Below, one piece after another: positions 9,305-18,891 of a stretch of DNA of 64,000 nucleotides. The notes beneath the pieces were generated by a model, which saw only the letters and a list, made by a program, of their open reading frames with translations, was not told the DNA's origin and did no database searches. Source of the stretch: Candidatus Bathyarchaeota archaeon (GTDB taxonomy: Archaea; Thermoproteota; Bathyarchaeia; Bathyarchaeales; Bathycorpusculaceae); contig OY969706.1 in the NCBI GenBank assembly GCA_963702095.1, positions 2,432,001 to 2,496,000 of the forward strand, written 5' to 3'. The stretch's first letter is position 1, and every line of letters begins with the position of its first letter. The position numbers and the translations under genes are program-made.

Positions 9305-10639
9305 TCAACGCTTCCGAAGAAAATCCGCAGCAGGCGGCAAAACTAAACATGCCACCACCAAAACCCCCGCGGCATAATGCATGGGTAACAAGACCCCGGC
9401 GGTTAAGGCGTCCGAGTTAACCATAAACCCGTAATAGGTGACTGAGTCCACGCCGAACGCCACAAACCCTGTCCAAGCATTGAGGAACAGGAGGCTTTCA
9501 AGCAACACCGCAAACAACAAAACCACCCCTACAGCAACCAGCACAGGCTTGACGAGTTCGAGTTTTCCCTTCCCAATTGACCCAAGCAAGACGGCGCCTT
9601 TGTCTGCTATTGAAGCGGCGAGTAAACAGAAAAACGGCAAAGCAGCATAATTGTACTTAAAAGCGCTGACATAGGGCACGGTTAAGTGGAACCCGAACAC
9701 CAAAAACATATCCAACCCCATAATCACCGCCACAGTCAAGAGGCATAGGGCGTCTAAACGCAGAAGTGCACCTAGCTCTTTCCTGTACAATGCCGCCAGT
9801 GCTAGCGAGAAGAAGCCAGCGAGGAATAAGAACAAACCTGCACTCTTCAAGAATGTGAGGGGCAGAAACAGGGGCGAGGGGTCAGCGACTAAGGCGGGGT
9901 GGGTGAAGTCGCTGCTTAGGTAGACGGCGAAGAAGTTCTGGTTTGCGAAGCCTCCGAACCAAACTGCCTGCATGACTACAGAGGGTAAGAGGAAAAACAG
10001 GATTTTTCTGCCGGAAAAATCGAAAGCGCCCTCTTTTTTGCCCCAAAACGCCAAAAGCAACAGCGGAACAAGGGCGAAAACTGCGAAAAGCTTTGTCAAG
10101 AAAGCCAACGCAAAAACCACCCCCGAAGCCAAAACCAGCCGTTCCGAGTTGCGTTTAACCGCCAAAACCCCCAGAGTCAGAAACATCAGGCTCAAAAAGA
10201 GGGATTGGTTGTCGATGAGGAAGATACGTGACATGTAAATGTGCCATGGAATCAACCCGAAGAGCGCCGCCGCCACCAACCCCGTCCGCTTGCCATAGAG
10301 TATCGTGCCCAACGCGTAGACGAGGACGACACAGCCCAATCCAAACGCCGCAGTCACTGCAACCCCGTTTAGGTAGGAGGCGCCAAAGACGCCCAGGATT
10401 GGGGCGGCAGTGTAGAATCCCAGCGGCGGCTGATTAATCATAAGATCGTTGGCAACGTAGGGATATCCTGTGGTGAGGATGCTGGTTGCTGCTTGGTATT
10501 CAAGTTGACTGTCCCAGTTGGTGTAGGTGCCCATTGACGCCGTGATGAGGAGGCTGCCGACTAAGACTCCGATTAGGGGGAGATGCGCAGTCAAGAACGC
10601 AAGTTTGTTTTGCAACTGTGGAGTTCCCAGCCTATGCAT
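9305..10639 (-). CDS. GT-C glycosyltransferase (ArnT/PMT-like, family 39)
   Basis: NQPPLG motif, LAFLTK, multiple TM. Confidence 0.8.
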   Translation of the reverse strand: MHRLGTPQLQNKLAFLTAHLPLIGVLVGSLLITASMGTYTNWDSQLEYQAATSILTTGYPYVANDLMINQPPLGFYTAAPILGVFGASYLNGVAVTAAFGLGCVVLVYALGTILYGKRTGLVAAALFGLIPWHIYMSRIFLIDNQSLFLSLMFLTLGVLAVKRNSERLVLASGVVFALAFLTKLFAVFALVPLLLLAFWGKKEGAFDFSGRKILFFLLPSVVMQAVWFGGFANQNFFAVYLSSDFTHPALVADPSPLFLPLTFLKSAGLFLFLAGFFSLALAALYRKELGALLRLDALCLLTVAVIMGLDMFLVFGFHLTVPYVSAFKYNYAALPFFCLLAASIADKGAVLLGSIGKGKLELVKPVLVAVGVVLLFAVLLESLLFLNAWTGFVAFGVDSVTYYGFMVNSDALTAGVLLPMHYAAGVLVVACLVLPPAADFLRKR

Positions 10640-10735
10640 CTGTCGCTGGGCATTTTAAAATTATCCCAAACCCGCCGCCTGTCCAGAGCAACGATTATAT
10701 TCCAAATCAGCCCAAAAGTAGCATGGAGAGCAGCG

Positions 10736-11089
10736 GTGACCCAAAAACCAACCAAACCTTCCCTTGTAATCTACGGCATAGTCGCCTGGATAATCCTAAA
10801 CATCCTGTTAATGGCAGCTATACTGCTGGGCGGCGACTGGCAAGACCCTAACAACTACATCGAAGTAACCCTTTGGATAATCTCGATTCCAGCACTGGTT
10901 TCACTTAGAAAATGGGGCGTCGCCTTTGCGATTTTCACTTTCGCTTACACATTGAGCACAAGCATGGGCATACTGATTTACTACCTCGCGGTTGACTTTG
11001 CGGTTTGGCCAAACATCATCCGAGTAGTCATAAATATTCCAGTCATCCTCTACCTTTTCAAAATGCTCTTCGAAGGCAAAACCAAATAA
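10736..11089 (+). CDS. Hypothetical membrane protein
   Basis: Four hydrophobic helices; GTG start after GGAGAG. Confidence 0.6.
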   Translation: MTQKPTKPSLVIYGIVAWIILNILLMAAILLGGDWQDPNNYIEVTLWIISIPALVSLRKWGVAFAIFTFAYTLSTSMGILIYYLAVDFAVWPNIIRVVINIPVILYLFKMLFEGKTK

Positions 11090-11163
11090 ACCAACCTGCC
11101 GCCTGATTCCAATCGAGGCGATTTCCAACATTCAATGGGTCGCTTTCCCACCAATAGAACCTA

Positions 11164-11213
11164 CCTCTATAGGTTTCTGCATAGATATCCTAATATGATC
11201 CAAATATGATGGC
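11164..11213 (+). repeat. Dispersed intergenic repeat, copy 1
   Basis: About 39/50 identity (hand count) to 57650-57698. Confidence 0.65.
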
Positions 11214-11356
11214 GGCGACATCTCCCTTCTATAGATGCAGTGCATAGGTTGGATATTAGGCTCCAAATAGAGTCCCAAGCCACTGACCATCCCTGTTGGG
11301 CTGCTAGAAACAAAATTCTAATATTAATCGACGTTATCTCTTAATCAAAAACACGT

Positions 11357-11434
11357 GGGCCGGTCGTCTAGCCTGGTTAGGACGTTGGCTTTACGAGCCA
11401 AAGGTCGCCGGTTCAAGTCCGGCTCGGCCCACCA
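11357..11434 (+). tRNA. tRNA-Val(TAC), intronless, CCA encoded
   Basis: GGGCCGG/TCGGCCC acceptor stem, anticodon arm TTGGC-TTTACGA-GCCAA, T-arm GGTTCAAGTCC. Confidence 0.97.
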
Positions 11435-11531
11435 CATTAGTATTGTGCGACAGTTGTTTTTCCATACTTAAATGAAGGTCAGCTAGAAAAAACTTTAAGG
11501 TAAAAGATGCCTATTCTGGGTGTGAATCAGG

Positions 11532-11768
11532 ATGGCGAACGAGGTAGTAGTGAAGAAGAATGGGGAAACTGTTATCCCAGCAGGCCTCCGTAAGAAATTC
11601 AAAATAGAAGAAGACACTAAAATGGATGTTGTCGAGACGTCCGAGGGCATACTGTTTAAGCCTAAATCTAAACGGTCAACCTGGGATTTAATGGGGGCAT
11701 ACGCGCATGTTGCTACGCCTGAAGAAGTCAAAAAAGAGATAGATAAACTCAGGGAACAAGATGAATAG
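11532..11768 (+). CDS. AbrB/MazE-type antitoxin
   Basis: GETVIPAGLRKKFKI AbrB motif; upstream of a PIN gene. Confidence 0.85.
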   Translation: MANEVVVKKNGETVIPAGLRKKFKIEEDTKMDVVETSEGILFKPKSKRSTWDLMGAYAHVATPEEVKKEIDKLREQDE

Positions 11769-12143
11769 AGCAGTTTATGATAAAGGTTCCTTGCCGAGCT
11801 GTACTATTCTAAGGACGAAAATACCAAAAAGAAAGTAGCCCAAAAAAAGAATTGCCCTGAAAAGTTCCTCTCAACTGTCACAGTCCATGAAATATACAAG
11901 TTGGCTCTTTCTTTGGAAAGCAGGGAAACTGCAGAGTTAAAGGTGACTTTGCTTAAGAACGATTTTGAAATCGTTGTGGTGGATGAGGAAATCGCCAAGA
12001 TTTCTGCGAAGCTACGGCAGAAACATAGGTTGTCGATGGGTGACAGCATGATTGCGGCCACAGCGATTAAACTTGATGCGCCATGCATAACCGATGACCC
12101 CCATTTTGGGCTAATCAGAGAAATCAAAACAGTCTGGCTTTAA
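11761..12143 (+). pseudogene. vapC: VapC PIN-domain toxin, frameshifted near 11782
   Basis: MNRAVYD then, after a shift, RFLAELYYSK...TVHEIY...GDSMIAATA...TDDPHF; one base missing. Confidence 0.8.
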
Positions 12144-12153
12144 GAACGGCATA

Positions 12154-12180
12154 GGCTTTACGAGCCAAAGGTCGCTGGTT
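12154..12180 (+). repeat. Partial tRNA-Val duplicate (att-like)
   Basis: GGCTTTACGAGCCAAAGGTCGCTGGTT matches 11387-11413 at 26/27. Confidence 0.85.
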
Positions 12181-12274
12181 TAAAGATTACCTTGGTCCAC
12201 CTTAACTTGCTGCCTACCGCTTAGCCGATTAGCTTAAAAACCCAAAACACCATTATCCTCCAGAGGAGAAGATT

Positions 12275-12634
12275 TTGGACCTAATTGGATTACTGATACA
12301 AACAGTCGTTGCCATAATCGTCATCGCCCCCGTACTTTGGCTGGTAGGCAGAGCATTAGCGGGAAAACATAACGCCAAATTCACCGACGCCATCTGGATA
12401 GTTGTGCTGGGCATAGTTATCGGTTCAATCATAGGCTGGCTCATCGGCGGCATAGTCGCTTCGATAATTATGTTCTTTGTCTGGCTGGGACTCATCAAGC
12501 ACTTCTTTGACTGCGGCTGGATCAAAGCCTTCATAATCGCCGTCATCGCCGTGATCGTCTTTGTGATCATTGTCTTCATTTTGGCGTTGATCGGTATAGG
12601 CATCGGCATCGGGTTAGGCGCGCTGGGCTTCTAA
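12275..12634 (+). CDS. Hypothetical multi-TM membrane protein
   Basis: Hydrophobic; LIKHFFDCGW motif; SD GAGGAG. Confidence 0.7.
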   Translation: MDLIGLLIQTVVAIIVIAPVLWLVGRALAGKHNAKFTDAIWIVVLGIVIGSIIGWLIGGIVASIIMFFVWLGLIKHFFDCGWIKAFIIAVIAVIVFVIIVFILALIGIGIGIGLGALGF

Positions 12635-12722
12635 GCACAGCGTACTCACCATTTTTTTCCAATCGCAAAGGTTCCGCAGGTTATTTATTCATAGACCCTC
12701 ATAGTATTGTGGAGGGAAATGT

Positions 12723-13007
12723 GTGCCGACAGCCTTTGTTTTAGTGAATACTGATATTGGTTCCGAATTAGACGTTTTAAGAGAAATCAAGAAACTTGAC
12801 GGCGTAGAGGAGGCATTAGCAGTTTATGGCGTCTACGACATCGTTGTGCGCGTGGTTTCGGGTTCGATGGAGGCGCTTAAGCAAACCATTACTTGGGACA
12901 TTAGAAAACTCCCTAACGTCAGGGCAACGTTAACGATGATAGTGAACGAGAATAAGGCGCCAGCTGACAAACCTGCAGCGATGCCTGATCTTGTCTTAAC
13001 AGCCTAG
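12723..13007 (+). CDS. Stand-alone Lrp/AsnC ligand-binding (RAM) domain protein
   Basis: AFVLVN...VYGVYDIV...IRKLPNVRATLTMI. Confidence 0.88.
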   Translation: MPTAFVLVNTDIGSELDVLREIKKLDGVEEALAVYGVYDIVVRVVSGSMEALKQTITWDIRKLPNVRATLTMIVNENKAPADKPAAMPDLVLTA

Positions 13008-13170
13008 TTTCACCTTAAGTTAAACGACTAGATAGCTCCGAATATTCTAAAATTAGCTCTGTTAATGCAATTTCGCAAGTTAACGGTGTTTTACAAACGG
13101 TTCTTTGCAAATCAGGCAAATTAAGCTTCCCAAAAATGGTTATCTATCATGCAATCCCTGACTTCCAACC

Positions 13171-13998
13171 ATGGCTGAAGCATCAAGAAATCTGGCAACC
13201 GCCATAATCATAACGGTACTCATCTACACATCATGCTTTGCTCTCACCGCTGAATCTTCAACACAGGCTGCAGGGAACATCCAAAACGACTTCTTAGCCC
13301 TCGTAAACGCTCAACGCACCAGCCTAGGCAAAAACCCCCTGGCTGCCAACGTGCAGCTTGAAAACGCCGCTTACCTGCACTCCAAAGACATGGGCGACAA
13401 CAACTATTTTTCCCACACTTCACAGGATGGAACGCAGTTTAGCCAGAGAATCACCGCTCAAGGCTACACGTACATGGCAGCCGCAGAAAACATCGCCAAA
13501 GCCTACGACGCACTGGATGCAGCCAAAGTCTATGACATGTGGAAGAACTCGGCTGGCCACTACTCTAACATGATTGGCGACTATGTTGATGCTGGCTTAG
13601 GCGTCTACAGCATAGACGGATACACTTATTACACGTTGGATTTGGGAAAAAGCAGAAATCCTACTTCAACCTTGACGCCTAAACCAACTGTCCTACCGAC
13701 TCCTTCTCCAAATCCCACTGCTAAGCCAGCTACCACACTGTCACCGACCCCTAATCCAACCATCACACCAACTCCCACAACCACAGCCTCAACCTCACCA
13801 ACATCTCCCGCAACACCAACAGCCACTCCACCCGATTCCCCAATACCAAGCTCAACAGCCCTACCCGATTGCACGGAACAGCCCACCTCAGCACCCACCA
13901 TTCCAGAGCTAACTGTTCATTTTCTGTTACCGTTGATGCTGCTGGTTGTCTCTTTGGCGGTTACAACATTACTAAAAGAGCATAAGACCCCCAGTTAA
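13171..13998 (+). CDS. CAP/SCP-domain surface protein with P/T-rich linker and PEF-CTERM-like anchor
   Basis: HSKDM, FSHTS, AENIA, WKNSAGHYSN; tail IPEL + TM + basic residues. Confidence 0.85.
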   Translation: MAEASRNLATAIIITVLIYTSCFALTAESSTQAAGNIQNDFLALVNAQRTSLGKNPLAANVQLENAAYLHSKDMGDNNYFSHTSQDGTQFSQRITAQGYTYMAAAENIAKAYDALDAAKVYDMWKNSAGHYSNMIGDYVDAGLGVYSIDGYTYYTLDLGKSRNPTSTLTPKPTVLPTPSPNPTAKPATTLSPTPNPTITPTPTTTASTSPTSPATPTATPPDSPIPSSTALPDCTEQPTSAPTIPELTVHFLLPLMLLVVSLAVTTLLKEHKTPS

Positions 13999-14208
13999 CA
14001 CCGATAAGTATACCGTATTTTTTGGCAGTGCTGAATTGTGAAAAAGGAACTTCTTTGTGGCTGTTGTCCCTGAATTGCCAGCAGAGTGGCTTATTGCTAT
14101 TCTAACGCTTTTTCCGTTATGGTTCCAGTTGTTGGACAACCCGTTCGCATGCTTGGTGCTAAATACCCGCCCTACTCTACCCTAGAGCAAGGAAAAAGAG
14201 GCAAGAAA

Positions 14209-14586
14209 ATGCAAAAAACCAATCTACTCCTGCTTTCGATAATGACGGCGCTTCTGTTATGTAGCGCTTTCTGTACGTTGGCAGCAGCCCAAGAAACCGG
14301 CGACACCTCCAGCGCCACAGCGCCACCAGACGCCGCAACCATCCCTGAACCAACCCACGCCGCCTCCGACAGCGACAACTCAACAACCACCACCCCCGAC
14401 GATCAAACCTACCATATCCTCGACGAAGACCAAGGTGCACCGCTCATTGCTCCAGCACCCGGTTCAGAAGCCGAAAACGGCGCCTTAGCCGCTGACTCTC
14501 CAAACTATGGCACTGTAGCTTTAGTTGTTGGAGGCGTGTTAGCGGTTACAGTGGGCTGCGTGTTAGGTCTAGTGTTTTTATCGTAA
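14209..14586 (+). CDS. Secreted low-complexity protein with C-terminal TM
   Basis: Signal peptide, acidic T/P-rich body, TM tail. Confidence 0.6.
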   Translation: MQKTNLLLLSIMTALLLCSAFCTLAAAQETGDTSSATAPPDAATIPEPTHAASDSDNSTTTTPDDQTYHILDEDQGAPLIAPAPGSEAENGALAADSPNYGTVALVVGGVLAVTVGCVLGLVFLS

Positions 14587-14728
14587 GCAAACAAATAAAA
14601 CCCAGGTTTAACTGCCATTTTATCCCCTCTCTTTTTTTGTTGGTGGCAGAGGACAGTCACATATTCTTAATACCGTTTACAGGGGCATGAATACTAATTA
14701 AGAAAAAGTTGAGTTGGAGGTGACCTGA

Positions 14729-14893
14729 TTGGCAAACGACGAGAACGACCTAAAACGAACCGCTCCACGCGTAACCGTACCTGAACCTGAAATGACTGCG
14801 GGCAAAAAATACAAGTGCCCCATAGACCAGCAAGTCTACGACAACAAAGAAGACTATGCGGCGCACTGTAAAGAAGAGCATGATGTGCTCTAG
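14729..14893 (+). CDS. Small C2H2-like zinc-finger protein (54 aa)
   Basis: SD GGAGGTGA, TTG start; YKCPIDQQVYDNKEDYAAHCKEEH. Confidence 0.7.
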   Translation: MANDENDLKRTAPRVTVPEPEMTAGKKYKCPIDQQVYDNKEDYAAHCKEEHDVL

Positions 14894-14965
14894 AAGCCGT
14901 AACCTAGCTTTCCTCGGCCTTCTGAACTGTTGGAGTGGTTAGCTTGCGGTTTTCTGCAGCTTTTT

Positions 14966-15127
14966 TTATCGGATGGCTTCGTCTATTCTGGAGTCACGTC
15001 TGGTTCTGGTGACTTCTTTGAATAGTTCTAAGCATTCTTCTTTGGTTGGTGCTTCGATGCCTATGCTGCCATAAGCGCCGATGTCTATACGGTATTTTCT
15101 TCTATCGCTTCTCTCTTCTTGACTCGT
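14966..15127 (-). CDS. Small hypothetical protein (53 aa), apparent ACG start
   Basis: SQEERSDRRKYRIDIGAYGSIGIEAPTKEECLELFKEV...; G-rich SD-like sequence before ACG; in-frame stop just upstream. Confidence 0.45.
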   Translation of the reverse strand, partial: TSQEERSDRRKYRIDIGAYGSIGIEAPTKEECLELFKEVTRTRRDSRIDEAIR

Positions 15128-15207
15128 ATACCCCTCTCCCTTTCACTTAACATATTCTATTATACTAAAACGGATAACTAATTATACACAACTAATAAGC
15201 TTAATCC

Positions 15208-15957
15208 TTATTCGCCCAGAAAATCCCCGCTTCGCTTAGCATTAAACACCACAAACACCGCATAACGCATGTATCGTCCCACCCTAGGAATCAAACCGGC
15301 AGCATCTGTGCCCAACTTACAAGTCAACGCATACTCAAACAAACCAAGCGGCTCCACGTCAATGACGTCACGGTCAAGCCGAGTCCGCTCCAACGTAGTA
15401 GCTATCAACTCTTTAGAAGTGCGAAGCATAATCAACCTGTCCAATAGGGACCGCTGCCAAGAACACAACTTATCGACCTGCTCAACGGAAAATTCTGACT
15501 GCAACCCCTCGGACGATTTCGAAACTACTCTCACGCTGACGGGCAACCCTTCAGCAAGAGCGTATGTTTCAGCGATTTTTTTAAGCGTAACTTCTTTGCC
15601 GCCTGCTAACTGCGATTGTAAACTCGCCAAAGGTACGGCTGCCTGCACTACTTTGGGTTCAGAAACCCCAACATCCACCATCAACTTGGAATCCTCGACC
15701 TTAGAAATGTAGCCCTTAAGCACCGTGCCCTCTTCGACGTCTGCGAGGCTGGCGGGGCATACGCCGATTTCTTTTCGGATATAGGCAGCTGCTACGGCTT
15801 CGTCTTCGCCGCCAACAGAAACCTGCACCCACTTGTTAATTGGGTTACCTAAAAGTTTCACTTCAACATCTAAATCACCGAATTGGCTTTGCAGCAACTC
15901 GTCAATCTGTTTGAGTTGACCGCCATGGTACGCTTTAACGAGTAATGTCAAGTTCAA
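15208..15957 (-). CDS. DUF2110 family protein
   Basis: GEDE, LDR, CKLGTDAAGLIP motifs; conserved position after tfe and HD genes. Confidence 0.8.
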   Translation of the reverse strand: MNLTLLVKAYHGGQLKQIDELLQSQFGDLDVEVKLLGNPINKWVQVSVGGEDEAVAAAYIRKEIGVCPASLADVEEGTVLKGYISKVEDSKLMVDVGVSEPKVVQAAVPLASLQSQLAGGKEVTLKKIAETYALAEGLPVSVRVVSKSSEGLQSEFSVEQVDKLCSWQRSLLDRLIMLRTSKELIATTLERTRLDRDVIDVEPLGLFEYALTCKLGTDAAGLIPRVGRYMRYAVFVVFNAKRSGDFLGE

Positions 15958-16484
15958 ATTGGTTCGCCTAGCATCTGTGTAATGGTGTAGTGGAGGTTTC
16001 TAACTCTTTCTGCCGCCAAAGTGAAACCGCCGTTCTCCAGTTTCAAAATCTCTGCTTCTATGGGGACGACTTTGTCCTGTTCAATGCGTTTATCGGCGTA
16101 GCAGACAACTTTTTCCTCCAAAGTCTGAGGCACATAGACATCTTTAGGCCACCCCAGACACTCTGCGTCCTGCTCAGTTATGCCTCCGCCGACATGCCGC
16201 TTAATGATGTTGACAACAGATTCAGGCAAGCCAAGGTTCTGAGCTATTTGTGCACCGACCAAAGAATGCTCGACGCCATGGGTCTTTGAGCGACCTATAT
16301 CGTGGAGAATCGCGCCTACTTCAACGAGTTCTAAATCAATCTGGCAGCCCTTAGTTTGGAGCTCTGATGCTATTTGCAAGGCTAACTCTGTTACTGCTAA
16401 GCAGTGGCGTACAACTTTGGCTGAACAACCGCTGTCCGTTAGGAGTTTTACGGCTTGCTCCCTACTCGGAAGCCCCTTATTCAC
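15954..16484 (-). CDS. HD-domain protein (TIGR00295-like)
   Basis: LHDIGR, RHVGGG, EEKVVCYADK. Confidence 0.9.
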   Translation of the reverse strand: MNKGLPSREQAVKLLTDSGCSAKVVRHCLAVTELALQIASELQTKGCQIDLELVEVGAILHDIGRSKTHGVEHSLVGAQIAQNLGLPESVVNIIKRHVGGGITEQDAECLGWPKDVYVPQTLEEKVVCYADKRIEQDKVVPIEAEILKLENGGFTLAAERVRNLHYTITQMLGEPI

Positions 16485-16989
16485 CCAGTTCCTTCCTTAA
16501 AATCTCCACTTTTACAGAGAGACGCTCAATCATGCCGTCGTTTGAAAAGTGCACCAGCGGTTTACCGCAACCGGAACAGTGAAAAACCAATTCAACGGCT
16601 TCTTCGAAGGGCACCCGTTTGCACTCTGTGCTGCCGCAGTAATAGAAATCATGGTTCTTTTCGTATTCTAGGCGTACGTTGAGTTTCTCCAGTACACGCC
16701 TTTTCTGGCTTAAAATGAAGCCTTCAAGTTGGTCGGGTTGGAGTCTCCAGTGGAAAATAAACCAGCCTGTTTTTGGGTCGCGTGTTCTGCGGAGGCTGAC
16801 TAGTGAGTGGTCGTAGAGTTTATAGAGGATTTTGCGAACAGAGTTGAGGCGTATGCCTGTTTTATTCGCGATTTCGTCGTCGGTTATTTCTTCTACGCCC
16901 TTTAAGTGTGCGATAAGTACAACGGCGTCTTGTTCGCCTAAAGCCAAAGCCACTTTATTGAGGGTTGCATCATCAATGGTTGATAACAT
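16477..16989 (-). CDS. tfe: Transcription factor E alpha
   Basis: TDDEIA...VRKILYKLY...GWFIFHW wHTH plus Zn ribbon. Confidence 0.93.
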   Translation of the reverse strand: MLSTIDDATLNKVALALGEQDAVVLIAHLKGVEEITDDEIANKTGIRLNSVRKILYKLYDHSLVSLRRTRDPKTGWFIFHWRLQPDQLEGFILSQKRRVLEKLNVRLEYEKNHDFYYCGSTECKRVPFEEAVELVFHCSGCGKPLVHFSNDGMIERLSVKVEILRKELGE

Positions 16990-17075
16990 GCTTTAAAGTT
17001 CCCTTTACTCTAACTATTACCCTAATTTATGCGACTCCGTAGAATAAAACTCTTCTTACAGCATCTATCAAAACT

Positions 17076-17654
17076 CTATATTGTCTTGATTTCTTTGCCT
17101 CGTTCTTTGGGCACAATGCTGATTTTTGCTCCATCAAATGGTTTCCCCAGTTCTTTGCCTTCGAAGTAGCGGTCCAAGAAAATCGCCAAAGCCGAACACT
17201 CAGAATGCGGCTGATTCCCCACAGCAACGTTGAAGTCAGAGATTTCCTCAGAGTAAAATTCCCCAGGCACTTTTTGGCTGCCCACAAGCAACATGACATC
17301 TTTGCCAGTCGCCCTAATCCTTGCAACTACATTGCTGGTCTGGATGTTTTCGCCGTAAGCAGTTAAGTGTACGATGATGCCGCCCCGGGTTTTCCATTCG
17401 CGGACCGCATGCTTCCACGGTGTACCCATCTCAAAACGGAAGTTGCCACCCCATGCCCTGTTGATTTTCGCTACGGTTTCTTCGATATGGGGGTCGGTGG
17501 TATCGGCTAAGATGAAGCCTGACGCGCACAATGCACGGGCAGTCAACGCCACATGCGTCGTTAACCGCACATCCCGCTGCACACGGTGCCCCCATCGGAG
17601 AACAACGATTTGGGGTGCACTGTTAGGCTGGGGGGAGGGTTTGGTATTTTCCAT
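17076..17654 (-). CDS. trm56: tRNA (cytidine56-2'-O)-methyltransferase
   Basis: RLTTHVALTARA, VHLTAYG, VGNQPHSE. Confidence 0.95.
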   Translation of the reverse strand: MENTKPSPQPNSAPQIVVLRWGHRVQRDVRLTTHVALTARALCASGFILADTTDPHIEETVAKINRAWGGNFRFEMGTPWKHAVREWKTRGGIIVHLTAYGENIQTSNVVARIRATGKDVMLLVGSQKVPGEFYSEEISDFNVAVGNQPHSECSALAIFLDRYFEGKELGKPFDGAKISIVPKERGKEIKTI

Positions 17655-18891
17655 GAAGGTCTTCCACTTTTCGTTTAACTTGCTCAGCTATCGATGGGTT
17701 AGATTCAAAGGTTATGTTAACCGCGTCGTTGGTGAAATCTTCTTTTTCAATGTGGGTTTTTTGGTGAACCCACGAAATAAATGCCATGGCGTTGCCGGTG
17801 AGGGGAACGCTGAATTGGGCTTGCACATAGTTTTCGAGGATACGCAGGATATAGCGTCTTAGCTCGTCGAGGTTTGTTTGGCGCTTCGCCGATAGCAAAA
17901 TTGGGTTTTTAACTTTGTCCTTGAGAGCTTCGAGTTTTTGGTCTATGTCCTCTTTTTTCATGGCGTCAATTTTGTTTAATGCCGTTATGGTAGGTATGCC
18001 TGCGGCTCCGAGGCGCTCTATGGTTTCGATGCAGACGTCGTTTTTCTTCTCGATGGTTTCTAGGGGTTCGTTTAAATCTATAACTATGACTATAAGGTCG
18101 GAAAATATCGTTTCTTCCAATGTAGAATGGAACGCTTCGATGAGCGCGATGGGTAAGCGGTCAATGAAACCCACGGTGTCGGTTAAGAGGAACTTGCGGT
18201 TAGAAAACTCGATCATGCGCGTCGTCGTTGACAGCGTAGTGAATAGGGAGTTTTCAACTTTAACGGTGTCTTCCGTTAAGGCGTTAAAAAGCGAGCTTTT
18301 ACCCGCATTCGTGTAACCTGCCAAAGAAATGGTGAGAAAACCTAATTCTGTTCTCCTCTCACGCTGAAGAACCCTCTTCTCTCGGACTCTAACAAGTTTT
18401 TTCTGAATAGTTTGAACCTGCCGTTTTATGGCGTCGCGGTAAACATCTGCTTCATACGCACCCAACCCCATAAAACCCGGCTGCTCACTACCCTTTGAAA
18501 GCCTCACTTTTTCCCGGGCATGCTTGAGCTCATTGCGCACCAAGGCAAGTTGAATTTGCAGTTGAGCCTCAGTTGTGGTGGCGCGTTTGGTAAAGATTTC
18601 TAGGATAAGTTGGAATCGGTCGATTACTTCGACTTTGGTTGCTTTAGCCAAGTTGTAGGTCTGCAGAGTGCGGAGTTGATTATCGAAAATGACTTTATCG
18701 GCGCCGTTTTCCTCCACCATTCGGGCAAGTTCCTCAACCTTTCCTGGGCCAATTTGGTAGCGGCTATCAGGTGGCCTAGTCTGCTCCATAGTACCGACAA
18801 TGATGTAACCCGCGGATTTCGATAGGGCTTTGAGTTCTGGCAGACTAGATTCTTCACGGTTTAATCGGCGCTGGACTAAGATGGCTTTCGT
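17623..18891 (-). CDS. hflX: GTPase HflX
   Basis: GYTNAGKS, DTVGF, NKID; reading frame extends upstream of the called ATG to ACG at 18891. Confidence 0.93.
   Translation of the reverse strand, partial: TKAILVQRRLNREESSLPELKALSKSAGYIIVGTMEQTRPPDSRYQIGPGKVEELARMVEENGADKVIFDNQLRTLQTYNLAKATKVEVIDRFQLILEIFTKRATTTEAQLQIQLALVRNELKHAREKVRLSKGSEQPGFMGLGAYEADVYRDAIKRQVQTIQKKLVRVREKRVLQRERRTELGFLTISLAGYTNAGKSSLFNALTEDTVKVENSLFTTLSTTTRMIEFSNRKFLLTDTVGFIDRLPIALIEAFHSTLEETIFSDLIVIVIDLNEPLETIEKKNDVCIETIERLGAAGIPTITALNKIDAMKKEDIDQKLEALKDKVKNPILLSAKRQTNLDELRRYILRILENYVQAQFSVPLTGNAMAFISWVHQKTHIEKEDFTNDAVNITFESNPSIAEQVKRKVEDLHGKYQTLPPA

Noticed and set aside
13663-13900. Repetitive-looking DNA
   Set aside because: Explained by the Pro/Thr linker of the CAP protein
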